A stretch of DNA of 64,000 bases, from the NCBI GenBank assembly GCA_963422735.1, contig OY730476.1, positions 1,024,001 through 1,088,000 on the forward strand. The letters run 5' to 3'. Below the pieces are notes generated by a model. It was not told where the DNA came from. It ran no database searches and was given only the letters and a program-made list of their open reading frames with translations. Shown here in pieces: positions 20,447-31,283 of the stretch. Source of the DNA: Candidatus Latescibacterota bacterium. Its GTDB lineage: Bacteria; Latescibacterota; UBA2968; UBA8231. The translations under genes and the position numbers were made by a program. Within the stretch, counting starts at the first letter, position 1, and every line of letters starts with the position of its first letter.

Positions 20447-21055
20447 TCAAGGCTGAGCCACTCGCCGCTTGCGCCACCAGCGCCAGAGTAGCACCGCCCC
20501 CACCAAGCACAGTATCCCCACCAATAATCTATTGTATTGCGCGATCAGTGCAGTGACCTGCTCCCAGTTCTCGCCCACCAAAAACCCGGCGTAGAGCAGC
20601 AATCCGTTCCAAACCGCCATGCTGATCGAGCCGCAGAGCACAACGGTTGGCCAAGACATGCGCCCCAGACCAGCACCGATGGCGATGACCGACCGAATGC
20701 CGCTTAAAAATCTGTTGCCTAGAATAAGCGCGACGCCGTAGCGATTGAGCCACCGCTCGGCTTGGGCCAGCTTCGCCGTGCCCCGACGCCCCGCAAAAAA
20801 GGCGCGACCCCGGCTATAGCCCAAATAGTACATGACTAAAAAGCCTGCCATGCCTCCGGTACAAGTACAAAGGAAAACCGGCCATATATCCAAAAGGCCG
20901 CGCCCCACCAAATAGGCGCTAAACACCACCACTGTATCGCCCGGTATGGGCGGCACGATATTCTCTAAAAAGGCACTCAGCAACAAGATGCCATACGCCC
21001 ACAGCGGATCGACTCCAGACAGGACCGCGAGTAGAGATTCCAAATAGGCCGCCAT
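20447..21055 (-). CDS. DedA family membrane protein
   Basis: LENIVPPIPGD, RFLSGIRS, AG...M. Confidence 0.9.
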   Translation of the reverse strand: MAAYLESLLAVLSGVDPLWAYGILLLSAFLENIVPPIPGDTVVVFSAYLVGRGLLDIWPVFLCTCTGGMAGFLVMYYLGYSRGRAFFAGRRGTAKLAQAERWLNRYGVALILGNRFLSGIRSVIAIGAGLGRMSWPTVVLCGSISMAVWNGLLLYAGFLVGENWEQVTALIAQYNRLLVGILCLVGAVLLWRWWRKRRVAQP

Positions 21056-21058
21056 ACT

Positions 21059-22225
21059 TTAGAGTGCTAAAAGGGCCACGGCTTGGGCTTCCATACCCTC
21101 CTCGCGCCCGACGAACCCCAAGCGCTCGGTCGTTGTGGCCTTGAGCGAAACCTGCCCCACCTCTAGGCCCAAAGTCGCAGCTAGCGTTTGGCGCATCGCT
21201 GCTATGTGCGGTACCAGTTTGGGTTGCTGAGCCGCGACGACGGCGTCAATGTGCAGGACCCGCGCCCCTCGTTCCGCCATCAGGGTGCCGACCCGTTCGA
21301 GCAGCACCAAGCTCGATATATCCTTGTACTGCGCGTCCGATTCGGGGAAGAGCTGGCCGATATCTCCGGCCGCCAAGGCACCCAAGAGCGCGTCGATTAT
21401 GGCATGTGTCAGCACATCCGCGTCCGAGTGGCCTGCCAATCCTCGAGCAAAGGGCACGACGACCCCACCCAAAATTAGGGGCCGCCCTTCCTCCAAGCGA
21501 TGCACATCGTAGCCCTGTCCTATGCGCAAGCCCATAGCAGGCACCTCCTCCCTTGCGCGCACTCGCCACTCGGCCCAAGCCAGATCCTCGGGCGTGGTGA
21601 GCTTGCGGTTGTCGGCCTCGCCGGGCACTACGCAAACCGAGTGGCCCAGCCGCTCGACCAGCGCGGCGTCGTCGGTGGCCACTGCGTCGGTCCCAACCGC
21701 GTGGTACGCTCTTAGGAGCAACTCGCGGTCAAATCCCTGCGGGGTCTGCGCCTGCCACAGCCGCTCGCGGCGCGGCGTGCTGACGACCCGGCCGGCTGCT
21801 ACTTCCTTGATCGTCTCTACCACCGGCAAAGCGGGCAGTGCTGCTCCGTGCTCGCGGGCGGCGGTGACCACCCTCTCCAACAGCCCCTCCGAAATAAACG
21901 GCCGCACGGCGTCGTGTACCAAGACCATATCGGCGAGGGTCTCCTGCAGGCCCCGATACACGGATACGCTGCGCTCAGCACCCCCGGGCACAAGGGCGGC
22001 GACCTTGGAAAAGTCTCCACTCGCGCTCAATTGGCGGCGGCAATAGTCCACGTCCTCGCACCGCACGACCAAGACGATATCGGTCACCAGTGGGCTAGCT
22101 TCGAGGCGCGCGAGTACGTGCCAGAGTACGGGCCGGCCCCCTAACGGGAGGTACTGCTTGGGCCGATCTCCTCCCATGCGCTGCCCCCGGCCACCGGCCG
22201 GAACGATGGCGGTTATGCGTTCCAC
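21059..22225 (-). CDS. ispDF: Bifunctional IspD/IspF
   Basis: AGGRGQRMG...PKQY, HDAVRP, QTPQGF, then RIGQGYDVH, GHSDADVLTHA, KATTTE. Confidence 0.96.
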   Translation of the reverse strand: MERITAIVPAGGRGQRMGGDRPKQYLPLGGRPVLWHVLARLEASPLVTDIVLVVRCEDVDYCRRQLSASGDFSKVAALVPGGAERSVSVYRGLQETLADMVLVHDAVRPFISEGLLERVVTAAREHGAALPALPVVETIKEVAAGRVVSTPRRERLWQAQTPQGFDRELLLRAYHAVGTDAVATDDAALVERLGHSVCVVPGEADNRKLTTPEDLAWAEWRVRAREEVPAMGLRIGQGYDVHRLEEGRPLILGGVVVPFARGLAGHSDADVLTHAIIDALLGALAAGDIGQLFPESDAQYKDISSLVLLERVGTLMAERGARVLHIDAVVAAQQPKLVPHIAAMRQTLAATLGLEVGQVSLKATTTERLGFVGREEGMEAQAVALLAL

Positions 22226-22229
22226 AGCG

Positions 22230-23258
22230 TCACACTATCATCATAGCATCGCCATAGCTATAAAAGCGATAGCCTCGCTCTATGGCCTCGCGGTAGGCGG
22301 CCAAAAGCCGTTTCCGGCCGACGAAGGCCGCCACGAGCAACAACAGGCTCGAGCGCGGCAAGTGAAAGTTCGTCACCAACCTATCGACCGCTTTGAATGC
22401 GTAGGGTGGATAGATAAACGCATCGGCAAATCCCCCGCAGGCACACACATTGCCCTCGGCATCAACGCTCGACTCCAAGGTCCGCACCACAGTAGTACCG
22501 ACAGCGACGACGCGCCCACCACTGGCGCGGCAACGTCTGAGCGCGTCTGCCACCGACTCGTCGATTTCGCAGTATTCGGGATCGAGCAAATGCTGGCGCG
22601 GATCGGCGCAGCGCACCGGCTCGAATGTGCCCGGCCCCACGTGCAGGAGCACCTTCAGGACTGCCACGCCCTTGGCTGTGATCGCAGCAATTAACTGAGG
22701 GGTAAAGTGCAAACCAGCCGTGGGCGCAGCAACGGCTCCCGGACGCGCCGCATAGATGGTCTGATAACGCTCCCGGTCCGCGGCCTCGGGTGAACGCCGA
22801 ATATAGGGAGGCAGCGGTACTTCCCCGAACTCCTCCAGCCAGGCTAGCACGTCCTCGACGTCAAAGCGTACGCGGAACCGCCCCGGTGCAACTTGCTCGA
22901 CGATGTGCGCTTCCACTGCTCCGTCGCCAAACTCCAACTGCGTCTTTGGTTTTAAGCTCCGACCGGGTCGCCCCATAGCCAGCCAATCGCCTGCAGTTAG
23001 CGGCCTAAGCAGCAGCAGTTCAACCCGGCTCCCGGTAGCAGCTTTACGGCCCCTGAGCCGAGCCGGTACGACCTGTGTTTGATTCAATACTAGGGCGTCA
23101 CCGGGCGCAAGCTGATCGACGATGGCACCAAAGCGCAGGTGCTGCAATGAGCCATCCGCCCGGTTCAACAGCAAGAGGCGCGCTTGATCGCGCTTGGGCG
23201 GCGGCCGTTGGGCGATCAGGGCATCGGGCAGGTCAAAATCGTAGTCCACCAATTGCAT
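22230..23258 (-). CDS. queA: S-adenosylmethionine:tRNA ribosyltransferase-isomerase
   Basis: PLPPYI, AVAAPTAGLHF, TNFHLPRS, YRFYSYGDAM. Confidence 0.97.
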   Translation of the reverse strand: MQLVDYDFDLPDALIAQRPPPKRDQARLLLLNRADGSLQHLRFGAIVDQLAPGDALVLNQTQVVPARLRGRKAATGSRVELLLLRPLTAGDWLAMGRPGRSLKPKTQLEFGDGAVEAHIVEQVAPGRFRVRFDVEDVLAWLEEFGEVPLPPYIRRSPEAADRERYQTIYAARPGAVAAPTAGLHFTPQLIAAITAKGVAVLKVLLHVGPGTFEPVRCADPRQHLLDPEYCEIDESVADALRRCRASGGRVVAVGTTVVRTLESSVDAEGNVCACGGFADAFIYPPYAFKAVDRLVTNFHLPRSSLLLLVAAFVGRKRLLAAYREAIERGYRFYSYGDAMMIV

Positions 23259-23272
23259 CGAGCAGTGCCAAC

Positions 23273-23980
23273 CTATCCCCTAGGCCAAGTAGGACGCCAC
23301 CGCGCATAGCGAAAAATGGTCCAGATAATTTTGTATCCGGCTCGCAGCGCGCCGCTGAGCGTGCCGCTGATCTTGGAGGTGCCTATGCGGCGGCGGTAGC
23401 GCACGGGCACTTCGGCTGTACGCAGACCCAGCCGAGCGGCTTTGACCTGCATCTCCGCGGTCCAGCCAAAGTTGCGGTCCTGCATCTCAAGCCGCATGAG
23501 CGCGTCGTAGCGCAATGCGCGGAAAGGCCCCAAATCCGTAAAATTGACGCCTAACAAAAGGCGAATTAAGAAGGTAGCCAACCAGTTGCCAAAACGGGCC
23601 TGGGGCAAAAGAGCCCCCTTTTCTCGTTGGCCCAAGACCCGCGAGCCAATAACCATATCGGCGCGGCCGGCGACGAGCGGACGTACTAGAGCCGGCATGT
23701 CCTCGGGGTAATCGCTGTAATCTCCGTCTAGGAAGACGACGATATCTGGACTCTCGAGATGGGCCATGCCCGCCAGACAGGCTTGGCCGTAGCCGCGGCG
23801 CGGCTCGCCGACGACACAGGCCCCCAAGCGGCGGGCCACCTCGGCGGTGCGGTCGCTGGAGCCATTATCGACGACGATGATCTGCTGTGCGATGTCCGGT
23901 ATGTCTTGCAGCAGTTTGCCGATGGCTTCTTCTTCGTCGCAGGCGGGAATGACGACGGCAATGGCAGGCGGAGAGTCCAT
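23273..23980 (-). CDS. Glycosyltransferase family 2
   Basis: VVIPACDEE, VVDNGSSD, GYGQAC, FLDGDYSD, TDLGPFRA. Confidence 0.92.
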   Translation of the reverse strand: MDSPPAIAVVIPACDEEEAIGKLLQDIPDIAQQIIVVDNGSSDRTAEVARRLGACVVGEPRRGYGQACLAGMAHLESPDIVVFLDGDYSDYPEDMPALVRPLVAGRADMVIGSRVLGQREKGALLPQARFGNWLATFLIRLLLGVNFTDLGPFRALRYDALMRLEMQDRNFGWTAEMQVKAARLGLRTAEVPVRYRRRIGTSKISGTLSGALRAGYKIIWTIFRYARWRPTWPRG

Positions 23981-24008
23981 GCGCTGAGCACCGCAGGTAA
24001 AGTGCTGT

Positions 24009-24839
24009 CTAGAGGTTTTCCTCCAACCAGAGGAAGAACATCGCCTGCGCCTCGGCGATATTGTCGAGCAATGCAACGCCGTGGTCGGCTGAGTCTGGAA
24101 AAACGCGCAGATCTTTTGGCTCGGCCGTCTGCGCTTCTAGGCTGCGAGCGAAATCGGCATAGCTGAGCATGACGTCCCCAGCCTGAATTTGATCCTGATC
24201 GCTCGCCATAAAGAGCATGGACCGCGGGCCAAACGACTCGTGGCCAGCCCCGATGACCAACGGCTCTAGCGAAGAGGTCCCCCATAGCCCAGGCGAGAGG
24301 GAGACGCCGGTTTTTATTAGCTCGGGGAAAATGCCCGAACTCACGTAGGCCACATTCCCCCCCGAGCCAGTGCCCACTACCGCAATGCGGCTGACATCGA
24401 CTTGAGACTGGCTCGGCAGCCAGACCAGCGCGGCGTGGACGTCGAAAAAGCTCTGTTCCAGATCCACCAATTCCAAGACCTGCCGATCATCGGGCAGCGG
24501 GGTTTCGCCGTGCCCACGCATGTCAATGGCCAAAACGACGTAGCCGCGCTCTAGCAAGGCCACAAACGTGTCGGTATTGTTCAACCAATCGGATTTGCTC
24601 CCCCTCAGATCGTGCAGGAGGATTACCACCGGCAGCGATTCGCCAGCCTGCGACGTGCCAAAAAGTGCGCTCACCTCGACGCCGTCATTGGACGGGAAGC
24701 TAACGGCTGAAATGGCATAGGCCCGGCCCGGGCCTTCGGGCAGACCGGGGCCGACGATCTGTAACTCCTCGTCCGAGTCGCTGCACCCCGCAACCACAGC
24801 GGCGAACACCCAAACCCACCTGCACAGTATCTTGCTCAT
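24009..24839 (-). CDS. Lipoprotein with alpha/beta-hydrolase fold
   Basis: Lipobox VVAG-C, ILLHDLRG, DMRGHG, elbow VVGTGSGG, terminal HG. Confidence 0.75.
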   Translation of the reverse strand: MSKILCRWVWVFAAVVAGCSDSDEELQIVGPGLPEGPGRAYAISAVSFPSNDGVEVSALFGTSQAGESLPVVILLHDLRGSKSDWLNNTDTFVALLERGYVVLAIDMRGHGETPLPDDRQVLELVDLEQSFFDVHAALVWLPSQSQVDVSRIAVVGTGSGGNVAYVSSGIFPELIKTGVSLSPGLWGTSSLEPLVIGAGHESFGPRSMLFMASDQDQIQAGDVMLSYADFARSLEAQTAEPKDLRVFPDSADHGVALLDNIAEAQAMFFLWLEENL

Positions 24840-24994
24840 AACGCCATATCCTCGCCAAAAGCGCGTTGGGAGCACCCTCAATTGGCAACGCTCCTGATTC
24901 TCGTAACTCCTTGAATTTGAATAAACAATCTCCCCCTCTAGCTGTCAACTTGACGCCTTGACGGCAAAATTCTTTTGCCGTATGCTGCCGTTTT

Positions 24995-26700
24995 ATGATC
25001 CGCGTCGAAAAACTCAGCCTTAGTTATCGCGAGGGCCTAGCCGCTTTGCGCTCCATTGACCTCCACATCAGCCCCGGGGAAGACATCGCCCTCATCGGTG
25101 CCAACGGCTCGGGCAAGACCACCCTCGCCTACTGCTTAAACGGACTGCAACAGCCCCAAGCGGGCCGGGTCCTCGTCAACGGCATGGACACCAGCGATCC
25201 GACTCAGATCCGCTCCATCCGCCAGCTAGTCGGCATGGTGTTTCAAAACCCAGACGATCAACTAGTCGGCACCACAGTCGCCGACGAATTGGCCTTTGGC
25301 TTGGAAAACCTAGCCCTAGCCAGCGATGAGATTCGCCACCGCGTCGAAGAAACACTCGTCGTTTTCGATCTCGGGGCCTATAGCCGCTATCCGCCGCACA
25401 AGCTCTCCGGCGGCGAGAAGCAGCGCGTGGCCATTGCCTCGGTGGTGGTGATGCGACCGCGCTATCTCATCTTGGACGAATCGACGGCCCTGCTCGACCC
25501 CGACGAAGACAGCAAGTAGCCGAGTTGCTCCAGCGGCTGCGCACTGCATACGGCATCGCGACGATACTCATAACCCAGTCCCCAGAAGAAGCCGCTCGCG
25601 CTAACCGCGTCATCATCCTCCATGCGGGCCATGTCCATGCGGACGGCCCCCCTGCCGCCCTCTTTGCCGACTCGCCCAAGCTCAGCGCCCTCGGCCTCGA
25701 CCTTCCCTTTGCAAGCGCGCTCGCCGTTCACTTGTCGCTGGCCGAGACCCACTTGGAGCTAGACGCCTTGTCCGACGCGCTGGCCGCGCTAAAACCACAA
25801 ACGCCCCTACCGCCTTGGACTCCGCCGCCACCGGCACCTCCAGCCCCGAGCAAACTAGCGGCCGAAAAGCTGACGCACCTCTACGACGAGCATCTGCCCA
25901 CCAAGCGGCGCGGTATCCGCGACATTACCATGGACGTCCCCACTGGAGCTGTCCTAGCCCTCGTGGGTACCAACGGCTCGGGCAAAACCACCCTCGCCCA
26001 GCACTTCAATGCCCTGCTCAGCCCCTCGCGCGGTCGCGCGCTCCTCGACGGCTGCGACATCGGCTCCCAGCCCCCAACTCGCGTACGCCAGCGCGTCGGC
26101 TTGACCTTCCAGTTTCCCGAACTCCAGCTCTTTGCCGAATCCGTAGCCGATGATGTGGCCTTTGGGCCGCGCAACCTCGGCTTTGCTCCCGAGCGCGTCG
26201 GTTGCCTCGTGGCTCGGGCACTCGCCATGGTGGATATGCCGCTGGAAGAATTCGGGCCGCGTCAGCCCCTCTCGTTGAGCGGGAGTGAAAGGCGTCGCGT
26301 CGCACTCGCCGGCGTCCTTGCCATGGACCCGGAGACCCTAGTGCTCGACGAACCAACCGCCGGCCTCGACCCCCAGACTACCGCCAGCTTGTGCCAGCTT
26401 TTCGCCGAGCTAGGCGGCCAAGGCCGCACCCTCGTGCTGATCAGCCACGATATGGAGCTAGTCGGCCGCCTAGCCACCCACGTAGTGGTTCTGTGCCAAG
26501 GACGCATCGAGCTACAAGGGCCGGCCCGCGCCGTGCTCGCCCATCCCGAATTCGGGTCTATCAGTGGACTTGTGCCCCCACAGTCCGTGCAGTTGGCTCG
26601 CCGACTGCGACAACGAGGCTTAGCCCTAGGCGGCGAGCCATTGACTTTGCGAGAAACCATCGACTGGCTCGCCCCACTCGTCGCCCTCTCCCATGTCTAA
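24995..26700 (+). pseudogene. Fused double ECF-transporter ATPase (EcfA1-EcfA2) with one frameshift near 25505
   Basis: Two Walker A motifs (GANGSGKT, GTNGSGKT), FQNPDDQ and FQFPELQLF. Domain 1 continues as RQQVAELLQRL in another frame. Confidence 0.8.
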
Positions 26701-27991
26701 ATTTTCTGCCGACTTGCTCGTCCGCCAAGGACGCCTCATTGACCCGGCCAATGGTACAGATGCCCACTTGGACATCCTCATCCGCCAAGGAAAGATAGTC
26801 CAGTCGGCCCCCAACCTCCCAACACCTCCAGACGTGCCCGTCCTGATGGCCGCCGGTTTGGTCGTCGCCCCGGGTTTTATCGATATCCACACCCATCTCC
26901 GCGAACCGGGCTACGAACACAAGGAGACCATTCAGAGCGGCACCGCAGCGGCTGCGGCCGGCGGCATCTGCGCGGTGGCCGCCATGCCCAATACCAACCC
27001 TCCCCCCGACAGCAGCAACCACTTGCAACGAGCTCTGGAGCGAGTGCATACAGCCGCCGTGCGCTACTATCCAATCGCCTGTGTGACAGTGGGACGCCAA
27101 GGACGCGGCGCACTCGCCCCCCTCGCGGAATTGGCCGAATTAGGCGCGGTGGCCTTTTCCGACGACGGCGACCCAGTAGAAGACGAGGTTTTAATGCGTC
27201 GCGCCCTCGAAATCGCCCGCGACCTCGACCGGCCCATCTTCCCTCACGCAGAGGTCAAGTCGCTTACGGCCGGCGGCTGTATGCACGCAGGAGAAGTGGC
27301 AGCGAACCTCGGCGTCAAGGGCATGCCAGCAGCAGGTGAGGAGGAGATGGTCGCCCGCGATATAGAACTCGTCCGCCAGACCAGCGGCCCTCTGCACATC
27401 GCCCATGTCAGCACGGCCGGCACCGCGCAATTGGTCCGGCGCGCCAAGGCCGACGGCCTACCCGTGACCTGCGAAGTGCTGCCCCACCACTTCCTACTCA
27501 CCGACCGCGAGGTCGAGTGCCAAGGCACGGCCGCCAAGATGAGCCCTCCGTTGCGCGAGGCCGCCGATGTCGAGGCCATGCTCGCGGGGCTAGCCGATGG
27601 CACCATAGAGGTCATTGCGACCGACCATGCGCCGCATACGGCCGCGGAAAAAGCCCAATCCCTAACCCAAGCTCCCATGGGCATTGTCGGCCTAGAGACG
27701 GCCATCGGCCTCACCTTGACCTATTTGGTGGACCGCGTTTTGCCCCTGCACGAGGCCATCGCACGCTGGACTTGCCACCCGGCGCGCATCTTGCGCCTGC
27801 CTGGGGGCGCACTCACCCCGGGGATGCCTGGGGATCTAACCCTCCTCGACCTAGCACGCGAATGGGAGGTAGTCCCCGAGTACTTCCGCTCCAAATCGCG
27901 GAACACCCCTTTTGCCGGTTACTGCCTAAAGGGCAAGGCCGTGGCCACCATCGTCGGTGGCCAGATCGTCTATAGCGAATTGGCCGCTTAA
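26693..27991 (+). CDS. pyrC: Dihydroorotase
   Basis: PGFIDIHTHLREPG, MPNTNPP, FSDDG, IATDHAPH, SKSRNTPF. Confidence 0.95.
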   Translation: MSKFSADLLVRQGRLIDPANGTDAHLDILIRQGKIVQSAPNLPTPPDVPVLMAAGLVVAPGFIDIHTHLREPGYEHKETIQSGTAAAAAGGICAVAAMPNTNPPPDSSNHLQRALERVHTAAVRYYPIACVTVGRQGRGALAPLAELAELGAVAFSDDGDPVEDEVLMRRALEIARDLDRPIFPHAEVKSLTAGGCMHAGEVAANLGVKGMPAAGEEEMVARDIELVRQTSGPLHIAHVSTAGTAQLVRRAKADGLPVTCEVLPHHFLLTDREVECQGTAAKMSPPLREAADVEAMLAGLADGTIEVIATDHAPHTAAEKAQSLTQAPMGIVGLETAIGLTLTYLVDRVLPLHEAIARWTCHPARILRLPGGALTPGMPGDLTLLDLAREWEVVPEYFRSKSRNTPFAGYCLKGKAVATIVGGQIVYSELAA

Positions 27992-29334
27992 TCGAGAGGC
28001 TTGAACGCGTCCGGCCAATGCTCAATTTCTGCGCCAGCGGCGCGCAGCCACACGGCGATCACGTCGAAGCGGCAGGCCACATCGGCCACGGTGGAGTATT
28101 GGATATAGTGCTGAGCGGCCCGCGCCAGACGCTGCCGCTTGGCGCGATCCACCCTTTGTTCGGGGCGGGACGCACGCTGGCTGGCCTTTACCTCGACAAA
28201 GACCAACTCGCCCATCTCTTCAGCCACCAAGTCGATCTCGCCCCCAGCGGCGCGATAGCGGCGCACCCGAATCCGATAGCCCCGTTCTTCCAGATAGGCC
28301 GCGGCCGCCGCTTCACCCCGCCGCCCGATATCCCCCAGTTTGTCGCGCTGCTCCCGATAGGCCCCTCTCAGGGCCGCTAGCTCGTCGGCCGTTAACTCGT
28401 CGGCGGCCTCTTTGACTAACTGTCCCAACCTCCCTAGCTCGGCGAGGTTGGCGCAGTCGTATATGCCCTCTTCAAAAGAGAGGAAAAGCTCCGAGCGCGG
28501 CTCGGCGACTCGCGCGGCCACTGGACCGAAACTGCGGCGGTGCAGCGGGCAAGGGCCATGGGCGTCAAGCGCGGCTAAGTGCGCGGCGCTGCCATAGCCC
28601 TTGTGCGCTGCAAAGCCGTATTCGGGATAGTGGGCATCGCATTCGCACATCAAGCGGTCGCGGTGTACCTTGGCCACGATCGAGGCAGCGGCAATCGACA
28701 GCGAGCGGGCGTCTCCGTCAATGATGGCTTGCTCGGGATAGGGGCTGCGCGCCGGCAGGTGCCCGTCGATCAGCACCCGGTCGGGCGGGGTACGCAAATT
28801 CTCCAGTGCCAAGCGCATAGCCTTGAGCGAGGCCTGCAGGATATTCAAGCTATCGATCTCCGCAGCCTCGACCTGCCCTATCCCCACGGATAGGGCCTTG
28901 GCCGCGATTTCCTCGTACAGGACTTCGCGCTGGGTCCGCGACAGCTTCTTGGAATCGTCGATCCTGTCTATGACACAGTCCGATGACAAGACGACGGCGG
29001 CGGCCACCACAGGCCCCGCCAAGCAGCCGCGCCCGACCTCATCAACACCGGCCACTCGGCGCACCCCCTGTGCCCAAAGGTGCCGTTCAAAATGCAGAAG
29101 TCGCTCGCGCCGCTGGGACTCCGCCTGCTCTCGCGCATCGCGCCGACGCCGCTCGACCACCAAGTGCCGGACGCCGACGCGGCGATCCTTTTCGAGCAAG
29201 GCCCAGCCCGGATCGCCGCTTTTCCACTCCGCCACTTGTGCGCGTATCTGGGCAATCGTCATTCCGGTGAGTTTGGTCGCGTCGTCGCGTTCGCAGGAAC
29301 GGCTCATACCGGCAGGCGTCTCATCTATTGACAT
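27988..29334 (-). CDS. rnhB: Ribonuclease HII fused to a YraN (UPF0102) nuclease domain
   Basis: AGVDEVGRG.LAGPV, DSKKL, IAAASIVAKV.RD, HKGY, HRRSF, then GRRGE..AA.YL...GY, GEIDLVA, VFVEVK, RFDVI in one frame. Confidence 0.93.
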   Translation of the reverse strand: MSIDETPAGMSRSCERDDATKLTGMTIAQIRAQVAEWKSGDPGWALLEKDRRVGVRHLVVERRRRDAREQAESQRRERLLHFERHLWAQGVRRVAGVDEVGRGCLAGPVVAAAVVLSSDCVIDRIDDSKKLSRTQREVLYEEIAAKALSVGIGQVEAAEIDSLNILQASLKAMRLALENLRTPPDRVLIDGHLPARSPYPEQAIIDGDARSLSIAAASIVAKVHRDRLMCECDAHYPEYGFAAHKGYGSAAHLAALDAHGPCPLHRRSFGPVAARVAEPRSELFLSFEEGIYDCANLAELGRLGQLVKEAADELTADELAALRGAYREQRDKLGDIGRRGEAAAAAYLEERGYRIRVRRYRAAGGEIDLVAEEMGELVFVEVKASQRASRPEQRVDRAKRQRLARAAQHYIQYSTVADVACRFDVIAVWLRAAGAEIEHWPDAFKPLD

Positions 29335-29384
29335 AAGGTACCGACCTCGTATATTTGCGAAAAGCTACCAAGAGGAGCCTTAAC

Positions 29385-29969
29385 ATGAAGTGCTACACGG
29401 CGTTAGTTGCCTGCTTGTGCCTCGTTTTGCAACCCGTCATGGCCCTCGCAGAGACGGAACCGACACCTACCGCCGGGGCAGACACTCGACTCTATCTAGC
29501 CGATGGCAGCTTGGTGGAAGGCAATCTGGTTGAAAAGGCCCAAGATCTGGTCATCATGCGCATCAACGACAAGATCTTCACTTTCGACAAGACCGAAATC
29601 GATAAAATAATTACCCTCGGATCGCTGGGCGGAGGTGCCCAAACGATCTCGGCGACCGAGTTTCCCTACATCAGTTTCCTCGGAGGATCCCTTGCCTTCA
29701 GCCTGCTTTCTTGGCTGCAATTCGACCGGGCTTCCGACAACGAAACCGAAGCAACCCTCAACCGCTTACACGGCCAGCTAGCCCGCGCCCAAAAGCTCGA
29801 CGACAAAGCCGATCGCGCACGCCTCTATGGCTGGTCCACAGCCGTTCTCGCCGCCGGCAGCTTCGGGGTGGCTCTGATCCCGCGCAAAACCACCCGCCGC
29901 GTCTTTCCCGAACTCAGTTTCCGCGACGGCGAGCCGCGCATCGGCGTATCCTACGTCCATTCGTTCTGA
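29385..29969 (+). CDS. Hypothetical exported protein
   Basis: RBS GAGGAG, signal peptide (..PVMALA), LYL.DGS.VEG.L beta-hairpin motif, hydrophobic C-terminal helices. Confidence 0.75.
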   Translation: MKCYTALVACLCLVLQPVMALAETEPTPTAGADTRLYLADGSLVEGNLVEKAQDLVIMRINDKIFTFDKTEIDKIITLGSLGGGAQTISATEFPYISFLGGSLAFSLLSWLQFDRASDNETEATLNRLHGQLARAQKLDDKADRARLYGWSTAVLAAGSFGVALIPRKTTRRVFPELSFRDGEPRIGVSYVHSF

Positions 29970-30421
29970 GAGCCTTCCACACCCCTCAGGTGATGCACCA
30001 AAGCATCTAGCCCGAGCACGTAGCTAAAACTGCCAAACCCGACTATTTGCCCTAGACAAACGGGCGCAATAACCGAGTGCTGACGAAACGCCTCGCGGGC
30101 GTGGACATTGGACAGATGCACCTCGACGGTCGGCAATCCCTTGGCCACCACGGCGTCGCGCAGGGCAAGGCTATAGTGGGTGAAGGCACCCGGATTGAAA
30201 AGCAGGCCCTGTTCTTGGGCTTGATGCAGGGCGTTGATTAGCGCACCCTCGCAATTGGATTGGCGGCAGCGCACCTGCACCCCGAGCCGCTGCGCGTGAT
30301 CGGCGCTCAACGCGTTGATTGCAGCCAAGGTCTCCCGACCATATACTTCGGGTTCGCGCGTTCCCAGCAAGTTGAGATTGGGTCCGTGTAGAATTAGAAT
30401 GCTAGTCAAATTGATCTCCAC
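29951..30421 (-). CDS. aroQ: Type II 3-dehydroquinate dehydratase
   Basis: [38 protein letters not shown]. Exact start uncertain. Confidence 0.95.
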   Translation of the reverse strand: MEINLTSILILHGPNLNLLGTREPEVYGRETLAAINALSADHAQRLGVQVRCRQSNCEGALINALHQAQEQGLLFNPGAFTHYSLALRDAVVAKGLPTVEVHLSNVHAREAFRQHSVIAPVCLGQIVGFGSFSYVLGLDALVHHLRGVEGSQNEWT

Positions 30422-31283
30422 TATTTCGCGCTACCACGCAGATCCACGCCTCTCTTGCCAAGACTGTATCGACCTCTAATTTAGCTTGTGTGACCCAGTG
30501 GCAAAAAGCAGCTTCTTCCCGCACCAGCAAACCCGAAAACGCGATCTGTCCATCCGATGCCAACAAGCCGCACAAAGGGGTCAAAAGGGGCCGCAGTACG
30601 TGGCTTTGGATGTTGGCTAAGACTAAATCAAAGGGCCTTTCCGCGACTGCCTCCACCCCTCCCAGCCGCACCTCAACCCGCTCAGAGCCAATGCGGTTGT
30701 GCGCCAAGTTTTCTCGCGCATTGGTCACGGCCTTCTCGTCGATATCCACGGCGAGCACCGAACCTGCCCCCAGCAACGCAGCGGCAATGCTGAGAATGCC
30801 GCTGCCTGTCCCCAAGTCCAGACAGCGTGCCCCGGGGCACAGATAGCTCTCCAGCGCCTGCAAACAGAGCTGGGTTGATTCGTGAGCACCCGTGCCAAAG
30901 GCCATTTTGGGATCTATGCTCACGGCGATCTGGCCTTCGGCTATCTCAACCGGAATCCACGAAGGGTGGACGACGATTCGCTCGGTGGCCCACACCGGCG
31001 CAAAAAACTGCCGCCACTCGGCCTCCCAATCCTGTTCCTCCACGCATTCGGTGCCTATCGGCGACGCCAAGCCGAGCGCGGCGAGCCTATGCGTCAACTC
31101 GCGCCGAACTCCAGCCAAATCGCACATCGGCTCGGCCGCAAAGTACGCGCTCAACCGAGTTCTATCCTTCGATTCCTCAGCTTGGAGGCCGCAGCTACCC
31201 AGCTCGTACGCCCACGCGCTCACATCCTCGGCGCAAGCCGCAGGAACCTCTAGCCGCAAGCAGTGCCAAGCCCGTTTATTCAC
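30402..31283 (-). CDS. prmA: Ribosomal protein L11 methyltransferase
   Basis: [39 protein letters not shown]. Confidence 0.95.
   Translation of the reverse strand: MNKRAWHCLRLEVPAACAEDVSAWAYELGSCGLQAEESKDRTRLSAYFAAEPMCDLAGVRRELTHRLAALGLASPIGTECVEEQDWEAEWRQFFAPVWATERIVVHPSWIPVEIAEGQIAVSIDPKMAFGTGAHESTQLCLQALESYLCPGARCLDLGTGSGILSIAAALLGAGSVLAVDIDEKAVTNARENLAHNRIGSERVEVRLGGVEAVAERPFDLVLANIQSHVLRPLLTPLCGLLASDGQIAFSGLLVREEAAFCHWVTQAKLEVDTVLAREAWICVVARNSGDQFD

Noticed and set aside
21062-21070. Perfect CIRCE half-site GAGTGCTAA
   Set aside because: It lies in the last codons of ispDF with no partner arm at 9-nt spacing.
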